A stretch of 64,000 nt of DNA, from positions 1,860,001-1,924,000 of the forward strand of contig NC_042999.1 in the NCBI RefSeq assembly GCF_006345805.1, given 5' to 3'. Below the pieces are notes generated by a model. That model searched no databases. It saw only the letters and a list, made by a program, of their open reading frames with translations, and had not been told where the DNA came from. Source of the DNA: Octopus sinensis. Taxonomy: Eukaryota. Shown one piece after another: positions 1 to 11,821 of this stretch (positions are counted from its first letter, which is position 1; the number at the start of each line of letters is the position of its first letter). The translations under genes were made by a program, and so were the position numbers.

Positions 1-40
1 CATTTATTTCTAAATGTAGTATTTGTTTCCTCCGTGAAAG

Positions 41-187
41 TTTGGCGCGCTGTTGGTAGGGGCATTTGAATTATAACGTCGGATGTAATCAATTGAACCA
101 CACGTGTATTTATCGTTATGGTAAAATCTGGCGTGTGATTCAGTGGATTTCATCCAGATAGTTTTGGCTGAGGAGCTACAAGTGAGT
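41..187 (+). promoter_or_regulatory. Putative promoter/non-coding first exon: E2F-like site, CHR element, E-box, splice donor
   Basis: TTTGGCGCG at 41-49, TTTGAA at 65-70, CACGTG at 101-106, and donor consensus GTGAGT at 182-187, all in a short non-repetitive, CpG-containing stretch. The ATG at 118 closes after 6 codons. Confidence 0.45.
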
Positions 188-721
188 TTTTTGTGAGTAA
201 AATTACATTTAATTCATTAATAGCGAAACAATTGTCCCAAAATAATCTGTATTTTTGTTATTTTTTATTTGCCCTGTTCGTGGGAGCTAACAATCGTACT
301 GACTTTCATGGGAAACATGTATTTTTGTGGTTGAAACCCTTTGGATTTACTAGTGCTAGAGTGAGCCACATAGTGACCACTCTCTTATATTTATTTTATT
401 TTTATTTTTATATATATATATATATATATAATCAAAATTGTTTCATGCTACTTCATTTTATTAAACACTGTAAGTATTACATCAGTTTTAAAATGTCAAG
501 CATTTTAATAAAATGTGTTTAATAAAACAAAGTAACATGAAGCAATTGTACTACTCTACTTTGGATATCCTTGTTGCTTATTTTCATTATAATCACCCCA
601 TTTGATTTATATGGATAATACCATACAAAATTCTGGTGCCTTTAACTTAAGTACCATATTCATTTTAATCTAAATTTTGCTGAATATATATATATATATA
701 TATATATAATATGTATGTATA

Positions 722-1588
722 TAAAATTTGGTATAAGATAAAAATTTCAAATATTTGTCTTGACATTCAGACAAGCAAATTCATAATTCAGATGTATGAC
801 ATGAGATATTCTTCCATTCAAATAACCACATATTTATATTAAGACATAGATGATAAAAAACATAGAAATATAAGAATATAAACATAAAAAATAAGAAACA
901 TATAAAATAAAGAAGCATAAAAAATATATAAGGAGTAACATTAAAGTAGAAAATATAGTTAGAATAGATTAAAGGAGGCGATTGAAAGGATCAGTCCAAA
1001 CTTTTCTGAAACAGCCTTAGGTTTGGGCTGATCCTTTTAATCACCTCCTTTAATCTGTTCAAACTATATTTTCTACTTTCATATTACTCCTGATATATTT
1101 TTATGCTTTTTAAAAATTTTTTCATGTTTACATTCTTATATTTCTATATTCTTATCAAAAGCTGTTCGATTCACTTCAACATTTAAGTTTAATTTGTCAA
1201 AATATTTTCGTCGTCGTCTATAAAACCGCGACCTGTTCACTGACAAAAATCCGTGCTGCATCAGTGAACAGGTCGCGGTCTTATAGCGACGAAAATATTT
1301 TGACAAATTAAACTTAAATGTTGAAGTGAATCGAACGGCTTTTGTGTGTTTCTTAAATGGCTTACAAACACCTTCCACGCTGCAATTGTTTTCGTTCCAG
1401 CACACGATCTCGGATCAATTCACTTGCTATGCAAGTACATCTCCCTATATTCTTGTCATCTAACTCTTAATATAAGTATGTGGTTATTTGAATGGAATAA
1501 TAGCTCATATCATACATCTGAATTATGATTTTACTTGTCACAATGTTTAAGACAAATATCTGTAATTTTTATCTTATACCAAATTTTA
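722..1588. repeat. Nested foldback: outer inverted repeat enclosing two long hairpins
   Basis: Outer arms 722-844 / 1465-1588 (roughly 85-90% reverse-complementary by eye). Hairpin 1 arms ~866-1003 / 1021-1148. Hairpin 2 arms 1156-1243 / 1261-1344, near perfect, with a 17-nt loop. Confidence 0.9.
1193..1247 (-). ncRNA. Candidate minimal type-I hammerhead ribozyme with G3:C8 core variant
   Basis: Minus strand reads TTTGTCA-GTGAACA-G-GTCG..CGAC-GAA-AATATT-T-TGACAAA: 7-bp stem I, stem II, palindromic stem III, UUU site. A mirror copy lies at 1261-1307 (+). Confidence 0.55.
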
Positions 1589-1665
1589 TTAATCCTTACT
1601 TCATATATGAGCGGAAAAACAGTTGTACTATATACTGGAGCTTCATCACCATTAAAATTCTTGTG

Positions 1666-1700
<35 letters not shown>

Positions 1701-2370
1701 TTAGAGATAAACCACTATTATGCAACTTAAATAACAAATAATATATATTTTTATAAAACATATAACTTATAACTAGATCTCAAAAAGTATAAAATGAATT
1801 ATCAATATATAATATAATAAGTAAAAACACTACATACATATGGCTACAATTAAATTCGAATTGCAATTAAGTTTAAATTCAATTGAAATAAATTTGATTT
1901 AAAATTATAGTCAATCTTCAGGTTAATGATAATAGTTAAATAAATAAGCAAATAGAGTTAAACGATATTTATTTAAGAAATAAATAAAATAATAATTTTT
2001 CTTATAGAAAAAACTCCATTAACTAAATTAGAAACTTAAAACATTAGGATTATATATTGCTTCTGGTTGAAAAGACCAGTGCAGAGATCACATCTCTATG
2101 TTCATCAATAGGTTGGCATTACTGTGCTCTTCTTTGCATGCCTTCTTTTTTGCTGCAGCATCCAGTCTCATCTTTTCTTTTATCTTCATCTAGCTCCAGC
2201 TCAAGATATCCCACCTTGGTCATCTGCAAAGCTCTCTCAGGGTTTTGTATTAATAATCCTCTTGTACACTTCAGCTGCACCTCTCCTGCTCATGGATTAC
2301 ACTGGACTCCTCCATACACCACGATGTTCGAAGCTTTTTACCTTTTGAACTTTATATGTATATAGGGAGA

Positions 2371-2600
2371 TCCAATCATGGCCGTTGCCAGCCTCGCCTG
2401 GCACCTGTGCCAGTGGCATGTAAAAAGCACCCAAACACTCTCGGAGTGGTTGGCGTTAGGAAGGGCATCCAGCTGTAGAAACACTGCCAGATCAGACTGG
2501 AGTCTGGTGCAGCCTTCTGGCTTCCCAGATCCCTGGTCGAATCGTCCAACCCATGCTAGCATGGAAAACAGACGTTAAACGATGATGATGATGATGATGG
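2371..2600 (+). mobile_element. (TGA)n-tailed non-autonomous retroposon, family S4 (RTE-type tail), representative copy
   Basis: Conserved body GAGTGGTTGGCGTTAGGAAGGGCATCCAGCTGTAGAAAC...CATGCTAGCATGGAAAACAGACGTTAAAC then (GAT)n. Other copies at about 5778-5915(-), 10428-10560(+), 10712-11066(+), 13441-13730 plus 14160-14368(+), 19840-20172(+), 24115-24500(-), 26718-27095(+), 30133-30475(-), 32305-32580(-), 39308-39550(+). Confidence 0.85.
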
Positions 2601-2790
2601 TAGGGAGAATTCACAAAAAAAACAAAAGACAAAGACAGGTGGTGTAGACTACAAACAGATGTATTAGTATAATACTTGGGAAGTGAAAAAGTCTTTAATG
2701 TTTCAAGCCTATGCTCTTCCACAGAAAGGAACAGAGAAACAAACAAGGAGGGAAAACAGAAAGTACAAAAAACTGTTTAGAAAGTACAAA
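2600..2790 (-). mobile_element. Penelope-like terminal fragment with decayed HHR motif
   Basis: Minus strand of 2693-2728 reads CTTT-CTGTGGA-A-GAGC-ATAG-GCTT-GAAA-CATT-AAAG. Related motifs occur at 6419-6442(+) and 8852-8886(-). Confidence 0.55.
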
Positions 2791-3283
2791 AACGTTAAGA
2801 AAAGTTCAAAAGGTAAAAAGCTTCGAACATCGTGGTGTATTGAGGAGTCCAGTGTAATCCATGAGCAGGAGAGGTGCAGCTGAAGTGTACGAGAGGATTA
2901 TTAATACAAAACCATGGGAGAACTTTGCAGATAACCAAGGTGGGATATCCTGAGCTGGAGCTAGATGAAGATAAAAGAAGAGATGAGATTGGATGCTGCA
3001 GCAAAACACAAGGCATGCAAAGAAGAGCACAGTAATGCCAACCTATTGATGAACATAGAGATGTGATCTCTGCACTGGTCTTTTCAACCAGAAGCAATAC
3101 GGCTTTGAGATGATAAATACCACATCAAAGCTGTAACTCAGGGGTTTGTTGTGAGTGACAGGCTAGGGTTATAAATATGATTGTGAGAGTAATTTGAGTG
3201 AGGTTTGGCTGCTATTACTTGCAAATTGAAAAGCTGTTTAGTGGCTGTCTAAGTGGTTTGTCAGTTGATTAATATAACAAGGT

Positions 3284-3497
3284 GGTGAGCTGGCAGAAAT
3301 GTTAGCATGCTCGGTGAAATGCTTAGTGGTATTTCATCTGTCTTCACATTCTGTGTTCAAATTTCACTGAGGTCGATTTTGCCTTTCATCATTTCGGCGT
3401 CAATAAATTAAGTACCAGTTGCGTACTGGGGTTGATCTAATTGACTGGCACCCCTGCCCCCAAAATTTCAGGCCTTGTGCCTAGAGTAGAAAAGAAT
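3284..3497 (+). mobile_element. tRNA-derived SINE, family S2
   Basis: Head GAGCTGGCAGAAATGTTAGC (A box), GTTCAAATT (B box), body GCCTTTCATC..GTCAATAAATTAAGTACCAG. Other copies at about 33243-33455(-), 34215-34910(+, three in a row), 35018-35243(-), 38916-39145(-), 42935-44923(-), 52254-52645(+). Confidence 0.8.
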
Positions 3498-3509
3498 ATA
3501 ATAAGAGGC

Positions 3510-4140
3510 ATATGAGTAGATAGGTAGATAGGCAGATAGATAGATAGATAGATAGATAGGTAGATAAGTAGATATGTAGGTAGGCAGGCAGGCAGGAGGG
3601 TAGGTAGGTAGATAGGTAGATAGATAGATAGGTAAATAGGTAGATAGATAGGTAGGTAGGTAGGTAGGTAGATAGGTAGGTAGAAAGGTAGATAGGTAGA
3701 TAGGTAGGTAGTTAGGCAGGTAGTAGGTAGGTAGGTAGGTAGGTAGGTAGGTAGGTAGGTAGGTTGGTAGGTAGGTAGATAGGTAGGTAGGTAGGTAGGT
3801 AGGTAGGTAGGTAGGTAGGTAGGTAGGTTGGTAGGTAGGTAGATAGGTAGGTAGGTAGGTAGGTAGGTAGGTAGGTAGGTAGGTAGGTAGGTAGATAGAT
3901 AGGTAGATAGATAGATACAGACAGACAGACTGGCAGGCAGGTAGGTAGAGAGGTAGACAGAGATAAAGAAAGGCTAATAAACTGACATACAAAGATACAG
4001 ATAAATAGATGAGTAAACAGATAGATAGATGGATGGTTGGTTGGAAAGACACAGCGACAGAGACAGACAGAAAGAGACTGATAGAGAGATGGACAAAAGA
4101 ATGGCTGGATGAATATACAGATGGATGGGTAGCTGGACAG
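3510..4140. repeat. (TAGG)n/(TAGA)n tetranucleotide microsatellite
   Basis: Visible long compound tetranucleotide array. Confidence 0.95.
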
Positions 4141-4739
4141 ATATAAAGATTAGTAGATGAAAAAAAATATCTAGGTAGAAGTAAAGAACACACATACATG
4201 CATTCACACATACACACACATACATAGATATACATACATACACACAAACAAGATGAAAAAAAGTACATTATCTCCTTTGCAGGCGCTGCAAATAAGAACC
4301 AATCAATTTTATTTCATCACTTCTTCACAGAATCAATGGAAATAGACTTAAGGTTTTTAGATAAAACTTCTAATAGACACCATTATAGCTGTTTAGGATG
4401 TTATCTTCACTTAGTGTCCCACGCCCCACCGTCAGACCACCAGCTGCAACCAACATTACACCATTGGCCAAAGCTATCTTTTAAAACAGATAAAGACCAG
4501 ATTTAATTAGAGGACGGCCTTAACACTCATATACACACATACACGCACATGCACACACATAAGCACATACATACATGTGTGTGTACAGAAACACGCAAAT
4601 ATATAGGTAGATGGAGCTGAACACTCACAAACGTACACAGTAACGATCATAGGTGCATGCATGAAATAGCAGCAACATGAAGGCACGCAAACCATTTATT
4701 AACTCCATTGTTATCAACAGCAGCATTGTTTGTATCTTA

Positions 4740-5220
4740 CTACTATCATCACTTGCAGCATCACCATCATCAACATCATCAACATCAACATCAAACCATC
4801 ATCATTGCCACCATCACCAACCTCTGCCATTGTCATCATAATCATCATCGTTGTCGTTGTCACTATCATCATCATTATTGTCATCATCATCATCATTACC
4901 ATTATTCATTATCATCATCATCAACATCATCACTGTTATAGTCACGAACATCCTTTGTCTTCATCATTGTCGCTGCCATTGTTTTTGTTGCTGCTGTTAT
5001 TGTCATCATTATCATCATCATCATCATCATCTTCATGGTCGATGTCATTGTCATCATGATAATTACATTTATCATCAACATCATTATTGATAGTCACCAT
5101 TGTCCTCTATATCCTTCTCATCATCATGCTGACGAAGAATAATGATGACAACGATGATAATGATGATGACAGAGATGATAACAATGAAGAAGATGATGCT
5201 GATGATGATGATGATGACAG
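4740..5220. repeat. Degenerate (CAT)n/(GAT)n trinucleotide tract
   Basis: Visible; it accounts for the poly-H/I/S/M ORFs here. Confidence 0.9.
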
Positions 5221-6261
5221 CAATAAAGACCATGATTTTTTTTAGGCAAAATCAATACTTATAAAGAAATAAGATAAGTCACTGCTTTACACTTTCATCT
5301 TGTATTTCGATATTTCGGGGCAAAGATCCCCTCTTCAAGAACAGAAATTAAAGATTTAGCTTTGAGAGCTATGTTTTCTGTTCGATAGCATGTGGTTTTG
5401 TGTCTGTAAATGTCTGTATAAGATTCTGTATGAGCACAATATAATAGCAAACCAGTAGATCACTTCAGTAATTAATGCCAGGTTTGGTTTTACTAACGAT
5501 GATAGCATATTTTATTTTCAGGTTCTGAATATTTCACAACGCAAAATCTCCAATTTCTTCTTCATGAAGAAGGGATTTTAAACCAAAAATATAGAATATA
5601 AAACAAGGTGCAAACCACTGATTTATCTTATGTCTTAAAACTAGTACTGTTTTGTGTTCTCAAAAACATAGAAATATTTTCTCTGCATCTCACAGTATTT
5701 TGTCTAAATTATTTTTCTTTCTCTTCCAATGTACATTTCATGAATGCTCTCGGATATATCACCAGTGATCAATCTGGAATCATCATCATCATCATCGTTT
5801 AATGTCCGCTTTCCATGCTAGCATGGGTTGGACAATTTGTCTGAGAACTGGCGAACCAGATGGCTGCACCAGACTCCAATTTGATCTGGCAGAGTTTCTA
5901 CAGCTGGATGCCCTTTAGGGAATTTTGGCTCTTTTAGTATCAAACATCCTCGTCCAATTGAGCCTCCTGGAATTGGTCATGTCTCTTGCATCCCAGCAGC
6001 AGCAAAAAATCAGTCAACCATTCTTTATTGAAGGCTGCCCAGTGCCTTCTCTACAGCTTCAAAAATTGGATTTACAGAGCAGCTTAATGTATTTATTTTG
6101 GTCAAAACCAGTATTTTGCTATCGTTGTGTTTTGTCTGTACAGACACAAGTTCAGAAGGAAAGTTTTCCATATATAGGTGTATGTGTGTGCTTGTGTGTG
6201 TGTGTGGTATATGTGCATGTTTGTCTTTGTATATAAGTCTATCTATCTATCTATCTATCTA

Positions 6262-6318
6262 TAACTGAAGAGATGGCGGCGTGGATTTCCACCCCAACAT
6301 CCGAAACTTGGAGTTTTA
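6262..6318 (+). ncRNA. Hammerhead-like motif (Penelope-associated type)
   Basis: TAA-CTGAAGA-GATG..(GTGG attt CCAC)..CATC-C-GAA-ACT tgg AGT-T-TTA. Core intact, stem I only 3 bp, one unpaired C in stem II. Confidence 0.5.
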
Positions 6319-6358
6319 ATCATGGTTACCCAATAATTGTCGCATATTACATTTACAG

Positions 6359-6396
<38 letters not shown>

Positions 6397-6527
6397 GTGT
6401 GTATGTATGTATATCAAAGAGCATAGGCTCGAAACATAAAAGACTTTCTCACTTCTTGAGCATTAAACTAATATACATCTGTTTGTTGTTCACACAGCCA
6501 TCTTCGTCTTTGTCTTTTTGTAAATTC

Positions 6528-6583
<56 letters not shown>

Positions 6584-6996
6584 ATATATGATATATATAC
6601 ACACACACATTGATATATATATATATACATATATATATATACATATATATATATACATATATATATATACATATATATATATATCATAATATATATATAT
6701 AATATTATATATATAATATATATATATATGTATATATATATATATTATGTATATATATATATATATATTTTTAAAATGGTTAGACTTATGAAAGAGACTT
6801 GTCTTCGTAAGAGTCATATAGCTATAAAATTAGATATACCTCAGGATTGGATTGAATAAAGCTATTAACGATGTTAAAGTCTTATGTTATTTATGAAACC
6901 CGGCTATTAACAGACGTAATCCAAACAAGCAGAGGTGTAGAAGCAGAGACAAAGAAAGAACAACCAATACACACGTGCACACACTCACACAAGCTC

Positions 6997-7038
<42 letters not shown>

Positions 7039-7189
7039 CGTGGTGTGGTGTATAGAATGAGTTATATTGCAGAGTAAGAGAAGTCTGTAGTGCATAATTT
7101 AAATGGTCAAAGTGATGTTAGTGAAATATAAGAACTTCTGTTAAAGTGACATTTTAGATCAAATATCTTGAGTAAGTGATACAAGAATG

Positions 7190-8066
7190 GAATATGCACG
7201 GACACACGGACACACACACACACACGGACACACACACACACACACACACACTCACGCATGGGCACATTCATATTTTCAAAGACAGGCAGGTACATCCATA
7301 GGTTTAAACAAGCACACACACAGATTCATACACATTCTTGCTAGTGTGTATATACACATACACGTTCACACAAATTTGTGTGTATATGTGCACATATACA
7401 CATAACAGTGACCTGTTATACACACACACACACACACACACACAGGCACAGTTATATGTTCACATGCACACGTACATAGTCAAACATACACACACTCATT
7501 CATATATCTCTGCATACACATATACGTTCATTTACGCATGTTCAAACATACAAGCACATACATTTATATACACACACATACACCCTCCTCTTCATGTGCA
7601 CACACACATACACACACAAACAGGAACACACACACAAACACACTCATGCACTCTCACATGTACATACACAAACATGCACATTCTTGCTAGAATTTACATG
7701 CACATACATGTTCACACAAATTTATGCATACATGCACACATATACACATACAGTGACCCATACATACACACACATATTCATTCATATATTTGCATACACA
7801 TATACATGCATTTACACATATTCAAACATAGTAACACACTTACAAACACATATACACACGCCCTCCTCCAGCACACACACACACACTCACACACACACAC
7901 CCTCCTCCAGCACATACACACACACACACAGACACTCTCCTCCGGCACACAGACACACACACATACACTCACACATACACACACACCCTTCTCCAGCACA
8001 CACACACACACACACCCTTCTCCAGCACACAGACACAGACACACACACATACACTCACACACACAC

Positions 8067-8145
<79 letters not shown>
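7190..8145. repeat. (CA)n-rich compound microsatellite
   Basis: Visible; source of the HTHT/CVCV ORFs. Confidence 0.95.
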
Positions 8146-8147
<2 letters not shown>

Positions 8148-8502
8148 GAGCTCTGAGTATATAAATACAGAGAAACATGAAAGTGTAACTGCAGTTATGT
8201 ATAGTTTGACATTTTCTGAAATAGAATTTGATTCTCCACAAGATTTATCGAAGTGAAATGGCAAAGGGAAGAACTTCATCCTGACTCAAGGTGAATGCAG
8301 TCTCAGAAATCTTTCTGTTACACACACACGTGATATCATCATTATCATCATCATCGTCAGCGTCATTTGATGTCCATTTGTCATGCTGGTATGGGTTCGA
8401 CTGTTTGATGGGAGCTGGCACGCTAGAGAGCTGCACTAGGCTCCATTGTCTCTTTTGGCACGGTGCCAGCATGGGTGCATTTTAAGTGGCACCGGCATAT
8501 AT

Positions 8503-8549
<47 letters not shown>

Positions 8550-8628
8550 GATATATACCGGAGTAAACACATAAATGTGAAACAAGGTGGAAAAAAGAGT
8601 ACTCAAATACCAGTGGTAGAGTAATATG

Positions 8629-8743
8629 CTTTATTTAAGCAGCAGAAAATTCAACAAAACTGTTACTCTGAGTTTCCCGTTGCCGTTCAACGGGAAACTC
8701 AGAGTAACAGGTTTTGTTGAATTTTCTGCTGCTTTAAATAAAG
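8629..8743. repeat. Near-perfect 115-bp palindrome
   Basis: Arms 8629-8682 / 8688-8743, 5-nt loop CCGTT, with only two single-base insertions in the right arm. Confidence 0.95.
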
Positions 8744-8851
8744 TAAATATATATATATAAAGTTAATCCAAACATGAAAACACAAAAAAACACAACAACA
8801 CGAGGATGTGGAACAAATATAGTATTATTGGACGCTCAGGAAAGAAGGAGG

Positions 8852-8886
8852 GTTTAACGTTTCGAGTGGAGCTCTTCGTCAGAAAC
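8852..8886 (-). ncRNA. Apparently intact minimal type-I hammerhead ribozyme
   Basis: Minus strand reads GTTT-CTGACGA-A-GAG-CTCCA-CTC-GAA-ACGT-T-AAAC: stem I GTTT/AAAC, stem II GAG/CTC, palindromic stem III ACGT, GUU site. It lies in a Penelope-type terminal fragment (~8761-8960). Confidence 0.65.
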
Positions 8887-9333
8887 ATAGGAGAAGGAAA
8901 GATCCATAGAAGGGAAGACAGAGGGAAAAAAATCGCCAACCATACACACTTGGTCACATTAGTCCTATCTATATATAGATAGGACTTCATGAAACGTGTA
9001 CAACAAAAAATACAAAGTATGAGTACATGGAATATGAAGCATATATATACATATATATATATATTATTTATATTATTATTGTCATTACACACACACATAT
9101 ATATATATGTATATATATATAGGTGCAGGAGTGGCTGTATATATATGTAAATGCTAAGTCATGGCTGTGTGGTTAAACAGCTTGCTTTACAACCATGACG
9201 TTTTGGTTTCAGTTCTCCTGCATGATTGGGTGTTTTTTCTCCACTAGTCACAGGGTGACCAAAGCCTTTGTGAGTGGATATGGCAAATGTAAAATGAAAG
9301 AAGCCTGCTGAATCTATCTATCTCTCTAGCTAT

Positions 9334-9396
<63 letters not shown>

Positions 9397-9605
9397 CCTA
9401 CCTATTTATCTATCTATCTATCTACCTAATTGTTTAACTAGCTAGCTATTGATCTATCAATTTACCTATCTATTTACTTATATATGCATATCTAATATAT
9501 ATATATATGTGTAAATATGTACATATATGCATGCATGTATATATTCACACACACACACATATTCATACATACACACACCCACACATACATACATACATAC
9601 ATACA

Positions 9606-9641
<36 letters not shown>

Positions 9642-10640
9642 TATACATATATATATATATGTGCATGTATAATACCAGATGAATGGCATTTCAGGTCGTG
9701 ACAATTGATTTACTGGGAATTTATTTAATGCAGTTATACCAAATTCCATTGTATTACATAGATTTCCAGATCCTCAGGCATTATGTACATACATATATAT
9801 ATATTGGGGAATAATTAGGATTAAATATATATATACATGTGTGTATATATGAATGTGTATAAAGATATATATATATATATATACACACTATATATATACA
9901 TATATTTTATATATTATATACACATAGGCAATAACATGAGAAGGAAGTACAATAGCAGTTCAATCCGTACAATGCATGGCCTTTTATTCCTTATTGATGC
10001 ATTACAAAAGTCTATTTTCGTCATCATTGCAGTTGGCAGCCCAATGATGTAGAAGGCATTTTGCATGACATAATGAATCTAATGCCATGCTACTGAAACA
10101 TATGTTACACGGACTGAAGAGTTATTGTCCATTTTTCTCCTTTTATCGGTGTAGCAGTCATCTCCGGCCACAGTGCTGATGTCAGTGCTGCTATCAAGTT
10201 GTCAGTGTAGGTGCCTCAAGTGGGAGGGCCACTGCACTTATATATAACATCAGTAGCAGCTCCAACACCACCAACACTGTTGCTAGGGATAACTACTACG
10301 CCAGCAACAACGAAATCACCAGACCCACACCCTGTAATAACTGTAGCAACAACAGTGACAGCTGTCCCAACATCATCAGCCGCAGCATCAATAGCAGCAA
10401 CATTCAAGCCCAGGACCAATTGAAGAAACACCAGATCAGATTGGAGCCTGGCGCAGCCTTCTGGCTTGCCAGCCCTCAGTCAAACCGTCCAACCCATACC
10501 AGCATGGAAAGCAGACATGAAACGATAACAATGATTATGATGATGATGATGATGATGACATACATACGTACTTATGTGTGTGTGTGTTTGTGTGCATGTG
10601 TGTTTATTTGTGTGTGTGTTTGTTTGTTGTGTTTGTGTAC

Positions 10641-10714
<74 letters not shown>

Positions 10715-11696
10715 GCCAGCATCGCCTCGACTGGCTTCCGTGCCGGTGGCACGTAAAAAGCACCACCCGAATCGTGGCCGATAGCAGTGCCGCCTCAACT
10801 GGCTTCGATGCCGGTGGCACGTAAAATGTACCAATCTGATGGTGGCCGTTGCCAGCCTCGCCTGGCACCTGTGCCAGTGGCACGTAAAAAGCACCCACTA
10901 CACTCACAGAGTGGTTGGCATTAGGAAGGGCATCCAGCTGTAGAAACACTGCCAGATCAGACTGGAGCCTGGTGCAGCCTCCTGGCTTCCCAGACCCCGG
11001 TCGAACCGTCCCACCCATGCTAGCATGGAAAGCGGACGTTAAACGATGATGATGATGATGATGATGATATACACCTACATGTGTATGTGTGTGTAAATGT
11101 TTATTTATACACATGCATTTATGCACTTAAGTATGTGTGTGTTTGTGAATGTATATATGTTTATATACACACACACATATATATGTGCTTGTGTGCGTTT
11201 GTGCATTGATGATAGCATGGGAGGCAGACGTTAAACGATGACCATGATCATGATGTGTGTCTGTGTGTGTACATATGTTTATATATGCACACACATATAT
11301 ACATGCTTATGTGTGTGTGTGTGTACATCCATACACACACGCATGCATGTATGCATTCACCCACATATGCTAGCATATGTAGACATAATAAAATAATGAA
11401 TATTGAATGGTGGTAGGAAATCCTTTAAAATATTTAATTTAGAAAAGGAAAATTTTTTTCTTGACATAAGTAATTTTGTAGTATTTTTATTTTGACTGTG
11501 CAGCTTATAGTTTCACAAAATTATAACAAGAAAAAATTTAAGAAAAAGTTAATATACCATAATTCTGAAAAATTTCATTTATATTTTATGGCAGAATAAT
11601 ATATATATATAATATATATTATATACATACATATACACAAACACATATAAATTCTTATATATATATATATATATGGCTGAAATGAGTAAAAGAGTA

Positions 11697-11729
<33 letters not shown>

Positions 11730-11789
11730 TGTGTGTGTGTGTTTATGTGTGTGTATGAATGTCTATATCAATATATGTATAAATATATA

Positions 11790-11821
<32 letters not shown>

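Larger units (their letters stand above)
2055..3099. repeat. 299-bp inverted duplication (2055-2353 / 2801-3099)
   Basis: Base-by-base comparison gives 11 mismatches (~96% identity). The arms enclose a retroposon copy and a Penelope-type terminus. Confidence 0.95.

Noticed and set aside
3059-3099. RCDLCTGLFNQKQ as a C2H2 zinc-finger remnant
   Set aside because: No His pair or linker, and there are stops immediately upstream in the same frame.
5522-8290. Candidate exons at 5522-~5586, ~6057-6177 and 8243-8290
   Set aside because: Acceptor or donor sites are weak, frames are short or stop-containing, and the peptides are unrecognisable; this needs RNA data.
10211-10423. Thr/Ala/Pro-rich mucin-like ORF
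   Set aside because: Degenerate (CAG/CAA) tract running into an S4 element; no exon evidence.
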